Positions 38,406-52,178 of a stretch of 64,000 nucleotides of DNA are shown here, piece by piece. Source of the stretch: Octopus bimaculoides (lineage: Eukaryota); the NCBI RefSeq assembly GCF_001194135.2, contig NC_068984.1, forward strand, positions 62,992,513 through 63,056,512, written 5' to 3'. The notes under the pieces were generated by a model, which saw nothing but the letters and a program-made list of their open reading frames with translations, was not told the origin of the DNA and searched no databases. The position numbers were made by a program, and so were the translations under genes. Each line of letters begins with the position of its first letter. The first letter of the stretch is position 1.

Positions 38406-40294
38406 TGTACAAATAAGCACCTCACTGTGATTCTAACAATAAATTACATTCAGTATGAAATAGAAATAATATGCACTAAATTAACTCTAATTTCTTTCTT
38501 TTATTATTCTTTCATTCTTTGTACAATTTTAGTAAGGCAATTAAGCAAGATGTTCCAATCTCTCTGTCTTTTTTTTTTTCCATCAGTTATTTTCTTTCTT
38601 TACGCTTGTTCTTTACTCTTTTTGCTTTCATATCTTTCATTTAAAGTAATATTCACTTCATTTTAATCAAGAGTTATTTACATTACAAAATGAAATAATA
38701 TAAATACTTACCGCATATGAATTTAAGAGGAAATTTATGGTCAAAGGTAGCATTAGAATTTTGAATTTTGAATTTTCTCTTCAATAGACCTATGATATTT
38801 GAATATGATGTATATTGTTTAAAAACAGAGAAATTTTCAAATCTAAAAACTTCTGATTATGCATAAATCAATTTAATTTACTGAAGTGGCTATTTCTTTA
38901 AAATATTGAATTCAGTTTATTAAGTATTGTTAGAAAATTGGATAAATAATTATATCATATTTCTTTTTTATTTTAAATTTATTACTTTCATTGTATATTT
39001 TACTATTTTAGTACTTCATTCCATTAATTGATTGAACAGCTAAATAAATCTTAAATCTAGATTCCAAAATTAATGCTATTTGTAATTCCATAGAAAACAA
39101 ATTGGCGCTAATGCTCTGCAGTTGGTCGTTGAAGTTTTTCATTTTCATTTTATTATTATTTTATGTTCTTTGGTTCAGCATACATTTACATATATTTACA
39201 TAAATCTGCTTAAATACAAGAAAAGATATTTTAGAATTCATTCTGGTATTTTAAGAAAATTCTGTGTAGTATTTTTAGTATCCCCAATATTATTTGTTAC
39301 ATGAATAGATTTTTCTTAAACTGTAATTTTTCTGTAGTGACAGGAGTAGAGAGGTATGTATCAATTTATTGAGCTATTTTCTCCTACTCTTTCAGAAATT
39401 GATATATGTAAAGTGACAAATGCAGCAGAGAAAAATACAGATATGAAACTAATGGCACTTGAATATTCTTCTGAAATGTCTTGAGAAACGTATGCTTTTA
39501 TCTGATATACTTATCTATATATATACATGACAATAGATAGATAGAAGAAAATAATAAATCAATAGACAGACAGATAGATAGACAGACAGATAGATAGACA
39601 GAAAGTAGATTGGCTGGGAGAGAGAGAAACATATATATACATACATACATACATACATACATACATACAAAAAGATGAGTGTGATCTAACTGTGTGTAAA
39701 GTAATGCACCAACATCTCACACACTAATACATGGGATATGCCAATAATATTATATTATGATAATAAAATTTAAATATATTTCATGATCCACAAACATCTT
39801 CTGTTACCATACCATTGAATGACAGAAGCGTGATGTTTAGTAAAGCTCTAAAAGATAGCAAAATATCGTAGAACTTTCTCTGTAGCCAATAATTGAAGGT
39901 ATAGAATAATCTCAACCTCAAAGGGATTAATGATTTAGTTGGAGCAGCTGCATGAAGCAAATCTTTGTTTCCCACTAGATGCTGTATATTGCTTCCAGTT
40001 AATCTAGAAGTATATGTAATATTATTTGCTATCACTTTAATATTATGAAATAGTTATATTTAAAATGAAACAAACTTGTCACAAAGAACATTTCTAAATA
40101 TTGAATATAAATGTGGGAAAACTTGATGGTAAGCTAAAGGTATGACAATCTAATCTCCTGTACAAGAGAGCAGGTTTATATAGCAGAGTCTGAATAGAAT
40201 GGAATAACGTCTCCATGGTGATTTGATGTGCTAGAAATAACAGCCAAATCTTAATTCAAATCTTTCTTTATCATCTTCATAATCTTTTATATTA

Positions 40295-40500
40295 TAAGCA
40301 GAAGGCCTGAAATCTTTGTGGAGATTGGGGAAGTAGTAAATTACATTGACACCAGTGTTCAACTGGTATTTATTTTCTTGACCCTGAAAGGATGAAAGGC
40401 AAAGTCAACCTTGGTGCAATTTGAGCAGAGAACATAAAGACAGAAGAAATGCTGCTAAGCATTTTGCCTGGCCTGTTAACAATTCTACCAGCTTGCCACC
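40295..40500 (-). mobile_element. SINE family B, diverged
   Basis: GACCCTGAAAGGATGAAAGGCAAAGTCAACCTTGG...GCTAAGCATTTTGCC...CCAGCTTGCCACC is the reverse complement of the family B core and head. Confidence 0.8.
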
Positions 40501-40710
40501 ATTAGTCTAATAATAAAAAGAAGAACAGGCTGGATAGTAGGGTTCAGTTTACACAATATCTGAATAATAAAATAAATGGCATTCTTATAGATGGAATGTC
40601 ATTGATTTTAGGCCTGCAGAATTAGGGTTGAACCAAAGATAAAAAATCTAAACATATTTGCACATTTGTCATTCAGTGAGTGTATCATTGACATATAGTA
40701 AGTGAACATA

Positions 40711-41272
40711 AGAGGGGGTACCCAAAAGAGATCGAAATTTTGCAATGTTATTTTATTCACTTAGTTTTACATGTTTACGCTTTGACTGCCTTCCGATTAT
40801 TCTTCATTTGAAGCAATTTATGGGTCAAGATGCATTTTCAACTGTTTGAAGCAGTGCTAGAACTCTTTCGAAGAGAGGCTCTTTAACAACTCTGTCGTTT
40901 TTTTCTTCACCTTTTCCACATCTGCAAATCCCATGGCACCAGATTTCATCACAAGTGATAACCTTCAGAAAAGGGTCGGGATCAACTTCCAACTATTCCC
41001 TAAGTTCATGTCATGCACTCACTTGTGACTGCTTTTGATCTTCCATGAGCAAGCAAGATACAAATTTGCAGCAACTCTTTTCATTCACAATTCCTCACTC
41101 AAAATTCGCTGGAGGGAGCTCCAGGATATGTGCTAGTATGACTTCACCCAATGATGACATTTGGCAAACTGATGCCTGAGGGTTGCATAAAGTGGCTTCT
41201 AGTGAGGAAGCCCAAACTACAATGGGCTTGTCCTACAGAGAACGTTTCCAGTTACTTTGGGGCACCCCGTTG
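40711..41272 (-). mobile_element. Internally deleted mariner
   Basis: TIRs AGAGGGGGTACCCAAAAGAGATCGAAA / TTTCCAGTTACTTTGGGGCACCCCGTTG. The minus strand, with frameshifts, gives MKRVAA.FV..LLMEDQK...DPFLKVITCDEIWCHG and FADVEKVKKKTTELLK. Confidence 0.85.
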
Positions 41273-41809
41273 CATGCAATTAATACGAATGTAATATGAT
41301 GCAAATATCCTTGATATTCAAACACTTTGCTATACAACAATTCTTCATGTTTCATCTTGTTCAGGGAAGGATGTGGAGCAAGGATATGGCTTTTGTGGGC
41401 CTTTCCAAACTTTTGAGACTGATACAGCAAAGGGTTAACCTCAAAATCTGCAGGAAAATTTGTGTGAGAAGAGCTGGGGGTTGTGTCCAAAGAAACTTGC
41501 ATCAGTGTACTTTGCTAAAGTCTCCCAACGAATTATCAAAGTGCATTAGACCTAAAGATAATTTTAAAAAGTAACAATAAACAGCCATTATGAAGTATCA
41601 GGGCCTCTATCAGGAGATAATTTGTCATTAAAATATACTTAAAAATGAGTAAATGAGATATCAGTTGCAATAGAACAACCAGAAATTTCATAGCAGAGCT
41701 TGCCAAAACTTGGCCACAATTCACTGGTTATAAACTGTTAGAAGTTAAAATAGCAATTAGCAAAATATCTGGAAGAATATATTACTGTAGCAGGAACGGT
41801 GTCAATATA

Positions 41810-42010
41810 CGAGGTGCTGCTGAAAGGTTCCTGGCTTTAAGAGCATTGGGAAAGACCTGGTTGGGGGCCCAACTGTTCAAGTTCTTTCATGGGGATTAGT
41901 AAAACTAAAGGACTGCTGCAATAAGTTTGTGAATCTGAGAGGGGATCATAACTGATCCTCCTGTATTTTCTTTTATTCAAAGCGAGAACCTTTTCAGCCC
42001 CCACCCCTTG
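41810..42010. mobile_element. Mariner-derived MITE
   Basis: TA-CGAGGTGCTGCTGAAAGGTTCCTGGCTTT...AAAGCGAGAACCTTTTCAGCCCCCACCCCTTG-TA. Confidence 0.8.
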
Positions 42011-42299
42011 TATAATGAATCAAATATGAAATGGATTGCAACCCAAGACTCATAAGATCCCAAAGTCTTGTGAGTGAAATTTATAATAAAGAAACTGGAC
42101 GGAAGCCCATCACTGTAACTGTTCCTCTTTTTTGGTCAGTATACATGAACTGGCTTTTGGTTTCCTTCAGTGAATTAGAATTTGTTGCAAGTTACTAATC
42201 CTGATTTTCTAGTTAAGCTATTTAAAAAGAATTGTGACATGACTTGGATGGAGTATAGAATGACTCACTTGAGGGATTCTGTACACAGAATTAAGCTCT

Positions 42300-42720
42300 C
42301 ATTACTTCCTCTCACATTTTCTTTGGTATTCTTCTGCAGGCTTCATCCATTGCACTGTTTGACAATATTCTTTCACCTCACACTTTTCATAAGCTTTACC
42401 TGTCAATACCAATGCAGTTTTCTCTCCTGCACTTAACAGATAATACCTTTAATGCTGATATTTCTCTTTCAGTATAGTTTCCTTCATTCTCTTATGAATA
42501 TCAATATTATACATCCACTATAGCATGTACACCTCATTTATTTCTAGCCTTTGTGTATCTTCCTCATTCAGTGCTCATGTCTTATTAACTCACAAAACTT
42601 CTTACTCAATGATCACAGAGTCAGCACTTCATTCATAGAGATATGCCTTTTGTTAACACCAAAGGTAATGATATCTCACTGAATTCTTTCAGCTTTACCC
42701 ATAGTGGAATTACTGTATTT
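42300..42720 (-). mobile_element. Decayed RTE LINE C-terminal fragment
   Basis: WVKLKEFSEISLPLVLTKGISL (cf. WAKFRELLPLL.TKGLSL) and VKEYCQTVQ (cf. CVKKCQTL.V). Confidence 0.55.
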
Positions 42721-43575
42721 TTACATCATCTACACTCACTTATTTTTAGTTGACCAATGAAATAGAAACTACAGAGTATATCTAGTGAGTTTTCTTTGTA
42801 GTTTAATTAATATGTTGCTTATTCTTTCTACTAACTATTCCAGTGCAGCTATTAAATATGAAGCAATTCTTCTCTCCTAGTCTGCCTGACATGTCATTGC
42901 ATCACTTGTTTCCAAATGTCTGCAGTGGATAAGCAGTTTAGAATTCCTACCTACTCCTACTCTCTCTTTGCATATCAAGCACACCCATTGTCCTTAGATC
43001 TATGAATTAAAACCCCCAAAACTATCACTGGTATACTAAAAAATTACAGACAGATTGCTTACTAAAATGAGCTTGTGAAAGTGCATGTATGTGACCAATA
43101 TTATAGTGCAATCAATTCCTTTCCCCACCAATCACAGCCGAGCTAAGTTAATCATATCTAACACCACCTCTTCAATCAACAGCCTTTCTGAAGTAACAAA
43201 ATTGAAGAAAAACCTATATCTGAAGTAATGAAACAGAAGTGAACCATACCTCACACAGCCACTTACACCAAGTATTTCAGTGAAGGAATGAAACTGAAAG
43301 TATTAGAGAATGACAGATGTAATGAAAAGTGTAAAGTACTGTCAATGTATGTTTGTGTTCAACATTATCAGCTGACCTGCTGGAAATAGCAACCAATACT
43401 CTCTGAAATTATACCTCTCCTTAAATATTTAATTTATCAGGTTACCTAATTTCTCATGCATGCACAAAACACAAAATGATTACAACAGGAATAACATTTA
43501 TCAAGAAGGCCAACTGACATATTAATGTCACCTACTTCCTATTTCATTTCCTCTGCTTTTATCAACTCTCCTCCT

Positions 43576-43653
<78 letters not shown>

Positions 43654-45653
43654 CATACACACACACATACACATCCTGTTTCAAGCCTTCAGACATAAGA
43701 CTTGATGTGAGGTATGAGGAATTTCTGTTCCCTTGCTTCAAAAGATAGTGGGTTTTAGGAGCCGTATGAGTTATGAATTCTTCTATTTCAGCACTATTAA
43801 TGCATTTCCTCTGCTCTGAACACCAATCACAATATTCCATTTGGCTGACTGCTGTCAACTGAAAGGGCATTAAGCTAAATATCGACCAGCTTCATTCAAT
43901 TGTTCTTTAGTGAATATATGGAATCCCACTGCATTTTTAGCAAGACAGTGTATGTATGCTACTTTGCTGTTTGCCTGTTACTTGATGTATGCCTAAGGTC
44001 AAGAAGCTCTGTCTATTTCACTACACTTCTTTCATGCACTTTACCAGGAATTTCTCTAATTTGAGAATTTTCTTTTGTCTAAAGAAGGTAGCTTAAGTGC
44101 AGCAAATTGATTCTAATAGTAACATAACTTTTGTTGAATTTTACTATGCTCACTTTTATGAGCTGCACTGCATTTCTATCTTTGGGCTTAAAGATTTTCA
44201 TCTTTCCTGTTCTCATTTTTACAACCATGACCAAAGCAAGCAACTCTTACAATTGCTCAATAAATTTATACATTATGACAAAATATCAAATATGAAAATA
44301 GTCAGTGATTGAGAACAAACCATAAAAACCTTGACTGTAGCCTAGGAATAAATGCAGTGCAGAAAGAACATCTATTCACTAAGATTTACTCAAAATGTCC
44401 TCAATACAATCTAAAAACAAATATATGAATTTCTATATATTATAGAGCAAAAAAAGGCATTGTTCTGAGTTGTCCTTCATTCTCAAAGGGTCAAATATGT
44501 TCTTGATTTGTGATGGTTTTGTTAATCTTTTTACAACATATATTGATATTGCAGTATTGTCCTTCATTAGTAGTCTAATTATGATAGGATGATACTTAAG
44601 GGTTTCTAGTTTTGGGAACTTTTGGTACATGTTATAAATACAAATAAAACATAAGTAAAAACAAATCAGGCTAACCCAACCATCACACATAGTCAGAAGT
44701 TGCTACCGAAGATGAATCAAAGAACCCATGATCCACACCACATTTCATTCCTGGTGCTGAAAACTGATCCTTTCAGAGGTTTCTGTGAGTGTCATTCCCA
44801 TTAGACACAAGAATCATTCTATGTTATCTGGTCAGAATGCTTGTTATATGTAATGATAAACTATTAGTGTGGCTTTCAGTAATAGCCTGGCGTGGTCCTA
44901 TCTTTTGATCATCAGTCAGCCTACTGCTTTTTGCATGTTCTGCTTAGAAGTTTCATCAGGTATAACAAAATATACTTTGTTCTTCTAAGAAGCATGGATT
45001 TCATCACTTACCACCTAGAGCTACACATGCAGCATACAGCTGATTCTGGTGCTTGATGTTGTTATTTCTGCTACAGTGCAACACTTTCTTCCTCTGCTTT
45101 TCTGGGTCCTCTAAGCAGAAAGCCATTTACTGGCTTTTGTTTACATGCTTATCAACTGGACCTTCTGCCCTCCACTATCAGTCTAACTGCTTTCCTTTTT
45201 TTTCCTTACAGAGCTACTGCTCCAGAATTGCTTCATGATCGTACATACTACATCTAACTGCATGCTATTCTTTATGTTACATCCCTGTTTATCACGTGCT
45301 CCTATTGGATAGAAAAAGAAAGGATTCAGCACCTTTTCATGGGCAAATGAGAAGCGCATAATATCTGCCTGTCATCTTGTCTCACCCACAAAATTAGAGA
45401 AAAGGCACACGCTTTTATAAGCCTTTTCTGGTCTATAGAACACACATTGTACACCTTATTTTTCATAGTTTCTTCCATCTGTTCATTTGAGGGCATATGG
45501 AATCCCCCTTCTATTCTTCAAATAAAGTAGATGTACGTTACTCGCCTCTGTATGTGTTCTTTAGTCAACTTCTTTAAATAAATTTCTAGCATAATTTCCC
45601 CATGTCCTTTACTCTTCCAGGAGACCTATATTGAGTCTCTCTGACAGGCAATA

Positions 45654-46121
45654 CAAGTATACCTCAATTTATGTCGTTTCAAGTCATGTACTTTCCGACG
45701 TCACGTCGTTCTTATAAAATAAATAAATGGTGAAATATAAATAAACCACAGCTTCAATCGATTTGTTCAGCCTTACATCGGTCTCAGGGAATACATTTAA
45801 AAGCATGATAATTAAAAAAATAAAATCTTTAGAAACCAATACTGAAGTGGAAAATCAAATAAAGTACTTGTGAAAATATATACAAACCATTTATTAAAAC
45901 AAACCTTTATCTCATCTTTTACTTGTTTTAGTCATTTGACTGCGGCCATGCTGGGGTACTGCTTTGAAATTTTAGTCGAATGCATCGACCCCCAGGACTT
46001 GTTTATTTTTTAAGCCTGTTACTTACTCTATCGATGCCTTTTCCCGAACCGCTAAGTTACGAGGACGCAAACACGCCAACACCTCTTGTCAAGCAGTGGC
46101 CAGGGGACAAACAGACAGACA

Positions 46122-46177
<56 letters not shown>

Positions 46178-46505
46178 NNNNNNNNNNNNNNNNNNNNNNN
46201 NNNNNNNNNNNNNTATATATATATATATATATATGTAGATTTATACACGACGGGCTTCTTTCAGTTTCCGTCTATTTACAAGGCTTTGGTTGGCCTGAGG
46301 CTATAGTTGAAGACACATGCCCAAGGTACCACGCAATGGGACTGAACCCTGAAACACGTAGTCGGGAAGTAACCATCTTGCCACGCCTGCGCCTATATTT
46401 TATAAGCTAATATTATCTCTATTAAATACTTTTTCTTGTTACATCGTTTTTTTAGTTAAATAGCACGATTGGAAACAACTACCGACGTAAGTTGAGGTAT
46501 GCCTG
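45654..46505. mobile_element. Tigger-family non-autonomous element containing a nested SINE
   Basis: TA-CAAGTATACCTCAATTTATGTCG...CGACGTAAGTTGAGGTATGCCTG-TA; same TIR family as 6847-8428. Confidence 0.85.
45908..46393 (-). mobile_element. SINE family A, full-length, nested in the Tigger MITE
   Basis: Complete head (TAGGCGCAGGCGTGGCAAG...GGGTTCAGTCCCATTGCGTGG on the minus strand), central microsatellite and gap, and tail. Confidence 0.92.
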
Positions 46506-46906
46506 TACTAGCAAAGCTGTCCTATTGCTCTTAACCATTAATGCGATTAGAAATTTTTTTTTTTCTTCTACATAAGTATAAATCATGTATATTGCATGTT
46601 TTATTTATTTTTAAGCTCAACGCAATTGTATGTTGCTATCATCCTTTCCAACTCCATTCCAGAAGAATCCACTTTAAATTACTAGTAAACTCTATTTATG
46701 TAAAATTATATGACTAAAATACAAAAAAGTACGCTGTTTTGTATCCCTAGATAATGGCGCATACTTTACACTTTCTAATGACGCTTGTTTACATAATAAA
46801 ACAGCAAAACTTTCTTCAAACAAATCGTGGTAAAAATCCAACGTTCGCTAAGCAATCTCGAAGACGACCATACACATAATGATGATGATGATGATGATGA
46901 TGATGA

Positions 46907-46947
<41 letters not shown>

Positions 46948-47510
46948 CAACAACAACAACAATAATAATAATGATAATGGTGTTTTATTTATTTGCCCCT
47001 AAGGCAACAAAGAGAGACAGTACAGAGAGGATAAAACCTTAAACATGAACATCAAAAGAAAAACAAAAAATATCCCATTATCAAAGACTAAGCAAATAGT
47101 ACAAGTAAAATACTGATATACAGTTTTGCACAGAAACCTAACGTCACTTTGCTCTTTTAGATAAGAAATTAATTTATGAATTCGTAGCTAGGATTATCAG
47201 AATTAACGGCAATAATTCTTTAACTTGAAACATTAAGATGTTTTTGAGTAGTACCTATTGCAATTCCGTTAAGATAATAATGACCATATTTCAGCTTATC
47301 AGAGGGATTGCAGAAAGAAAAATATAAAACACCGTGAAAACATAATAAATGAATACAGGATGTCATAGGGTTGAGTATATGGGCTTTAAATCAGGCCCCA
47401 GTTCTGTGGTGAAGAGAAAAAAATAGTGTTTCTCCATAAAAACGAAGAAAAAAATATTATGGTAGCTTTAGGAATTATTACCATTTACTAAATAAAATAT
47501 GAAGTTGCAA

Positions 47511-47835
47511 GGCCAGTGGTTAGGCTGCTACAATCAAGATCTGGTTATCGTTGTTTCGATTCCCACATTGGGGATGCGTGGGGCTCTTGAGCAAAATACT
47601 TCATTCAACTGTACGTAGATAAACCTGCGATGGACCAACGTTCCATTCAGCGGTAATGTTGGCCTGCCTGCCTGCCTGCCTGTTTGCCTGCCTACCCGCT
47701 TGCCTGCCTACTTGCTTGCCTGCCTGCCTGCTTACCTAACCAGTGGAGTGCCATCATTCGAAACCTAAAATAATGTGAGGAATCACATTGTGATTAGCGG
47801 TGTATAACAACATCCGATAATCTGGTTAATACTGT
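47511..47835 (+). mobile_element. tRNA-derived SINE (third family, V-domain-like core) with internal (GCCT)n
   Basis: GGCCAGTGGTTAGG (A box), GTTTCGATTCCC (B box), CCTGCGATGGAC core. A second tRNA-like head follows at ~47850. Confidence 0.65.
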
Positions 47836-48299
47836 GACTGAATAATATATGAACGCGCGTGGCTTAGAAGTTAGGGTGTTTCACTCACGACTAGGCCACT
47901 GTCGTTCATATTAACCCAGTATAGAAGGCGAAGATAAAGCTTTCCAACGACCGCATTGTCGAGCTGACCACTCATTCTCTATCTTCACTTCGTCAAACCC
48001 TGTATTTCGCCAAAGAAACCTGCTGCGGGAAGCGTGCCGCAGGAACAGTAACAACATTTTCCAAGGTCGTCGTCGTCGTCGATGAATCTCTGCCGATATG
48101 ATGTGTCTATGCATCATGTGTCTCAACCATTGCATCTTCAGCCCGTTTTGGAGTCGGTATTGGCAAACACTACTGACCATCAAACATGTCACTTCAACAA
48201 GAAGCGGTGGAGCTTGTAATCAACTAGGTATATACTGAGAAACGGCATTTTAGTCTGGCAGTAGTACAAACATGAAGCAATATAAATTTTAGTTCAGAT

Positions 48300-48500
48300 C
48301 TTTCAATCGATTTTGCAGGATATCTCCTTTGACCTTTTGGATATATGAGCAATGGCTCCATCCTGCTAAACATCACGTCTAAATTTTCAAAATCGGTCAG
48401 TTTTGGCTCGAGAAAGTTCCTTAGCATCTCCGTGTATCGACTGGGTGTTACTAGAACTGTTTTGCTTCCCTCCTCAAATAAACAAAAAAAAATGAGGGAT
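48300..48500 (-). mobile_element. Tc1/mariner (maT/rosa-like) transposase fragment
   Basis: FEEGSKTVLVTPSRYTEMLRNFLEPKL...QDGAIAH (cf. FFEE...TVT..RY..ML.NFL.PKL...FQQDGATAH). Confidence 0.7.
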
Positions 48501-48969
48501 TCACACTCGAAAATTTATCTTGGAATTAGAACGCTCCGACGATTTTTAGGTGATTTTCTTTACAGCACTGAAATACAGCAGAATGGATTTTTTTGTCTGG
48601 AACAGCTTAAATTCGAAGTAACACAAAATTAATACAAAAAGTTCTCTGCATCATAATCATAGGTTCACTGTTCTTGATAAACGTTTCTACAGCAAATGTA
48701 TGCTATAGCCCGGCTCCAACAGGGAAACAGGGAAATCCATAAAACATTAGCTGCCTTAAAACACCGTTACAACTTGTCTAATTTCATTACCGCCATATCA
48801 ACGAGCCTGTAAAATATAGGATGTTTTTCTGCTGCACTCTATGTCTTCCACCAAATACACAGGCATTTACACACACACACACACACACAACTAAAATGGT
48901 TAGACACAATATAAAACCAAAAAGGAAAAATTCAATTATCACTAATAGTTACTGAGGAGGCAGGGAAGA

Positions 48970-49112
48970 ACTTACATTACTAGAAACAGAAGTCAAAGAC
49001 CCTTATAACCACAAAAAGCAGCAACAGGGCAGTTATCTCTCCTGTCAGTACATAGAGAATGTGCATTTTGTTCCTTCAAGGATTTTTGACACTCGTTACT
49101 AGCAATGTAAGT
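48970..49112. repeat. Small MITE or hairpin with ~35-bp imperfect inverted ends
   Basis: ACTTACATTACTAGAAACAGAAGTCAAAGACCCTT versus AAGGATTTTTGACACTCGTTACTAGCAATGTAAGT. Confidence 0.65.
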
Positions 49113-49831
49113 GTTACCCTGCTATATATGTATATATATATATATATATATNNNNNNNNNNNNNNNNNNNNNNNNNNNNNNNNNNNNNNNNNNNNNNNNN
49201 NNNNNNNNNNNNNNNNNNNNNNNNNNNNNNNNNNNNNNNNNNNNNNNNNNNNNNNNNNNNNNNNNNNNNNNNNNNNNNNNNNNNNNNNNNNNNNNNNNNN
49301 NNNNNNNNNNNNNNNNNNNNNNNNNNNNNNNNNNNNNNNNNNNNNNNNNNNNNNNNNNNNNNNNNNNNNNNNNNNNNNNNNNNNNNNNNNNNNNNNNNNN
49401 NNNNNNNNNNNNNNNNNNNNNNNNNNNNNNNNNNNNNNNNNNNNNNNNNNNNNNNNNNNNNNNNNNNNNNNNNNNNNNNNNNNNNNNNNNNNNNNNNNNN
49501 NNNNNNNNNNNNNNNNNNNNNNNNNNNNNNNNNNNNNNNNNNNNNNNNNNNNNNNNNNNNNNNNNNNNNNNNNNNNNNNNNNNNNNNNNNNNNNNNNNNN
49601 NNNNNNNNNNNNNNNNNNNNNNNNNNNNNNNNNNNNNNNNNNNNNNNNNNNNNNNNNNNNNNNNNNNNNNNNNNNNNNNNNNNNNNNNNNNNNNNNNNNN
49701 NNNNNNNNNNNNNNNNNNNNNNNNNNNNNNNNNNNNNNNTTTTATCGTAATTTATACGCATATATTGTTTATATAATAAATTACGCTGTGCGTATCTATG
49801 TGTGTAACAATTTTAGAGTTCGGATTCTAGA

Positions 49832-49908
49832 GTTAGGGTTACTTTTAGGGTTAGGGTTAGGGTTACGGTAACGGTTAACAGTCTAGTTAGGGTTAGGGTT
49901 AGGGTTAA
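49832..49908 (+). repeat. Interstitial degenerate (TTAGGG)n
   Basis: About 7 perfect or near-perfect TTAGGG units in two blocks. Confidence 0.85.
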
Positions 49909-50150
49909 GGATTAATACGATATACACCGTTGCAGCGCTAACTGTTTTCAACTGAATAGACGTCAGTGATTAGTAGAAATTATCGAAATAAGACAATTTT
50001 TTACATGAAATAAATTCGAATACAAAAATATTTTTCTGTTCTATAACATAAAATAGATAAGTATACGAAGTTTGAAAGTCATTCCGTACCAAAAAGACTA
50101 CATAAAACATAAATGAAAACTGGCGCCCCCGTTTTAAAATAGATCCAAAT

Positions 50151-51198
50151 GTTTCAATGTTCACAAATTAAAATGCTCAAAACAGATAAATTTAGCATTA
50201 TGAATTAGAAGGACGGGTGCAAGTTTAAATGTTCATAGCAGCCAATAATATTAAAACTGTATATCAATTTGTTTGAACGCACAAAGCTCGTTAATGTTAG
50301 TGGCGATTGACAAGTCATACTGAGTTAAGAGGGAAAAAACAAGGGACAAATGAAAATAGTAAACAAAACGGAATTTGTCTTACGGTTTCTCTGATCCCGT
50401 TTCCGTAGACGCTTTCGCTTGTAGTGGTATGTTTTGGGACCAGATGTATTTATAATTTCTTTCGCGAACGGATTTGATTTTTGATTCACTATAATATTGG
50501 TGATGGCTTGCTTCCCGGTGGTGAAGCTTATCGTTCTGCCTGGTTGGCTTCCCCGTGGAGACGGTCATCAGTTGTTCCGGTTTATTGGTTATCTTAAAGG
50601 GTCATTTCGTTGTATTTGCTGAAATTCGGTTTTGCTTGGTCTGGAGATAGGTGATATCTAAACCAATAAAATTTTACAAATACCAGTTGCTGACGTTACC
50701 TAACTCCTGAATAATGAAAACCGAATTTCAGCAAATAAAACGAAATGACCCTTTAAGAGAACCAACGAACCGAATGATTGATGACCGTCTTCACGGGGAA
50801 GCCAACGAGGCAGAACGACAAGCTTGACCACTGGGAAACAAGACGTCACCAATATTTTAACGAAACAAAACTCAGATCCACTCGTGGAAAAAATTATAAA
50901 TACATTTGATCCCAAAGCATACCACTATAAGCGAAAGCGTCTACGGAAAGAGGATCAGAGAAACCGTAAACCAAATTCCCTTTTTTAACTATTTTCATTT
51001 CTCCTTTGTTTTTTCCCCTCTTAATTCAGTATTACTTGTCGATCACCACTACCATTAATGAGCTTTGTGCATTCAAACAAATTGATATACAGTTTTAATA
51101 TTATTGGCTGCTATGAACATTTAAACTTGCACTTGTCCTCCTAATTCATAATGCTAAATTTATCTGTTTTGAGCATTTTAATTTGTCAACATTGAAAC
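50151..51198. mobile_element. Fold-back element with ~480-bp inverted arms and an ~83-bp loop
   Basis: 50151-50633 is collinear with the reverse complement of 50717-51198 throughout; roughly 80-90% identical by eye. Confidence 0.9.
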
Positions 51199-51427
51199 TT
51201 TTGAAGATGTTTTTGTAATTCATAATTTTAAACTTTTACCATTGACAAACAAAAATTATTGTTGAAACTAGTTTGGTATATATATATATATATATATATA
51301 TAAATGTATTCTAAACAATTACGAGTTTTTCAAATTCAGGTGCATTTTCAACAACCCATTTGCTTATATTTTTTCCTGCGTGGAAGCACCCCACCTCTTA
51401 TATTATACATACATACATACATATATA

Positions 51428-51463
<36 letters not shown>

Positions 51464-51554
51464 TGTGTGTGTGTGTTTGTGTGTGTGAGTATGTATGTAT
51501 AAAATCCAAATTGGATAATATGTATATATATATATGTATATATATATATATCCC

Positions 51555-51710
51555 AAAGTGGAGATCCTTTGACGACAATGTAACCTTCATTTAACTAAAT
51601 ATATCTTCGGTCCGATGCTAATGGTGTACCCCCTCGTTGAGTAATTATTATTCTGAGGTTCTTCTAGCTAAGAAACATATGTAGCCTCATTTTTACCTGA
51701 TCCATTCTAA
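51555..51710 (+). repeat. Dispersed repeat (family D), copy 2
   Basis: Matches 26445-26600. Confidence 0.7.
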
Positions 51711-52136
51711 CAATCTGTATTTTTATTTGCATACGTATCAACCCCAGTTGCTAACCGTAAACTATAAAATAACTTTTTTCAGTTTATTGAACTTCCATAT
51801 GGGTAAAATTTACAACCTTACGTCAATAAACTACAATTGTTCCTAAAAGTTGAAAACAATACGTGAGAGTTACTACATACACAAAGAGAGTGAGTGCCAA
51901 AGAGTATAGTAGATATATACAGAGAGATATTTTGATGGTGATAGATAGAGAGTGAGTGATTTGTAGAACGAAAAGTTGAGTTGTCTCTTACAAGAAATTA
52001 TACTTTCTATTATTATTTCCAGACGATATTGTCTGTGGAACTTTGAATTCGAAAATCAAATTCCGTTTTCTCGAGGATGCACCGTTTCAGAGCCTTCTAG
52101 GGTTAAACAGGCACACACACATACGTACGCACGCGC

Positions 52137-52178
<42 letters not shown>

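Noticed and set aside
47911-48192. GC-rich 93-aa ORF on the minus strand
   Set aside because: No recognisable domain; it lies between SINE and Tc1 debris and is probably repeat-derived.
49081-49106. Apparent micro-exon with AG/GTAAGT
   Set aside because: Both splice-like signals are part of the inverted arm of the 48970-49112 hairpin.
50545-50575. Minus-strand CTGATGA-CCGT-CTCC-ACGG in the first fold-back
   Set aside because: It is followed by GGAAG instead of GAAA, the closing pair is reversed (C-G), and no stem I was found.
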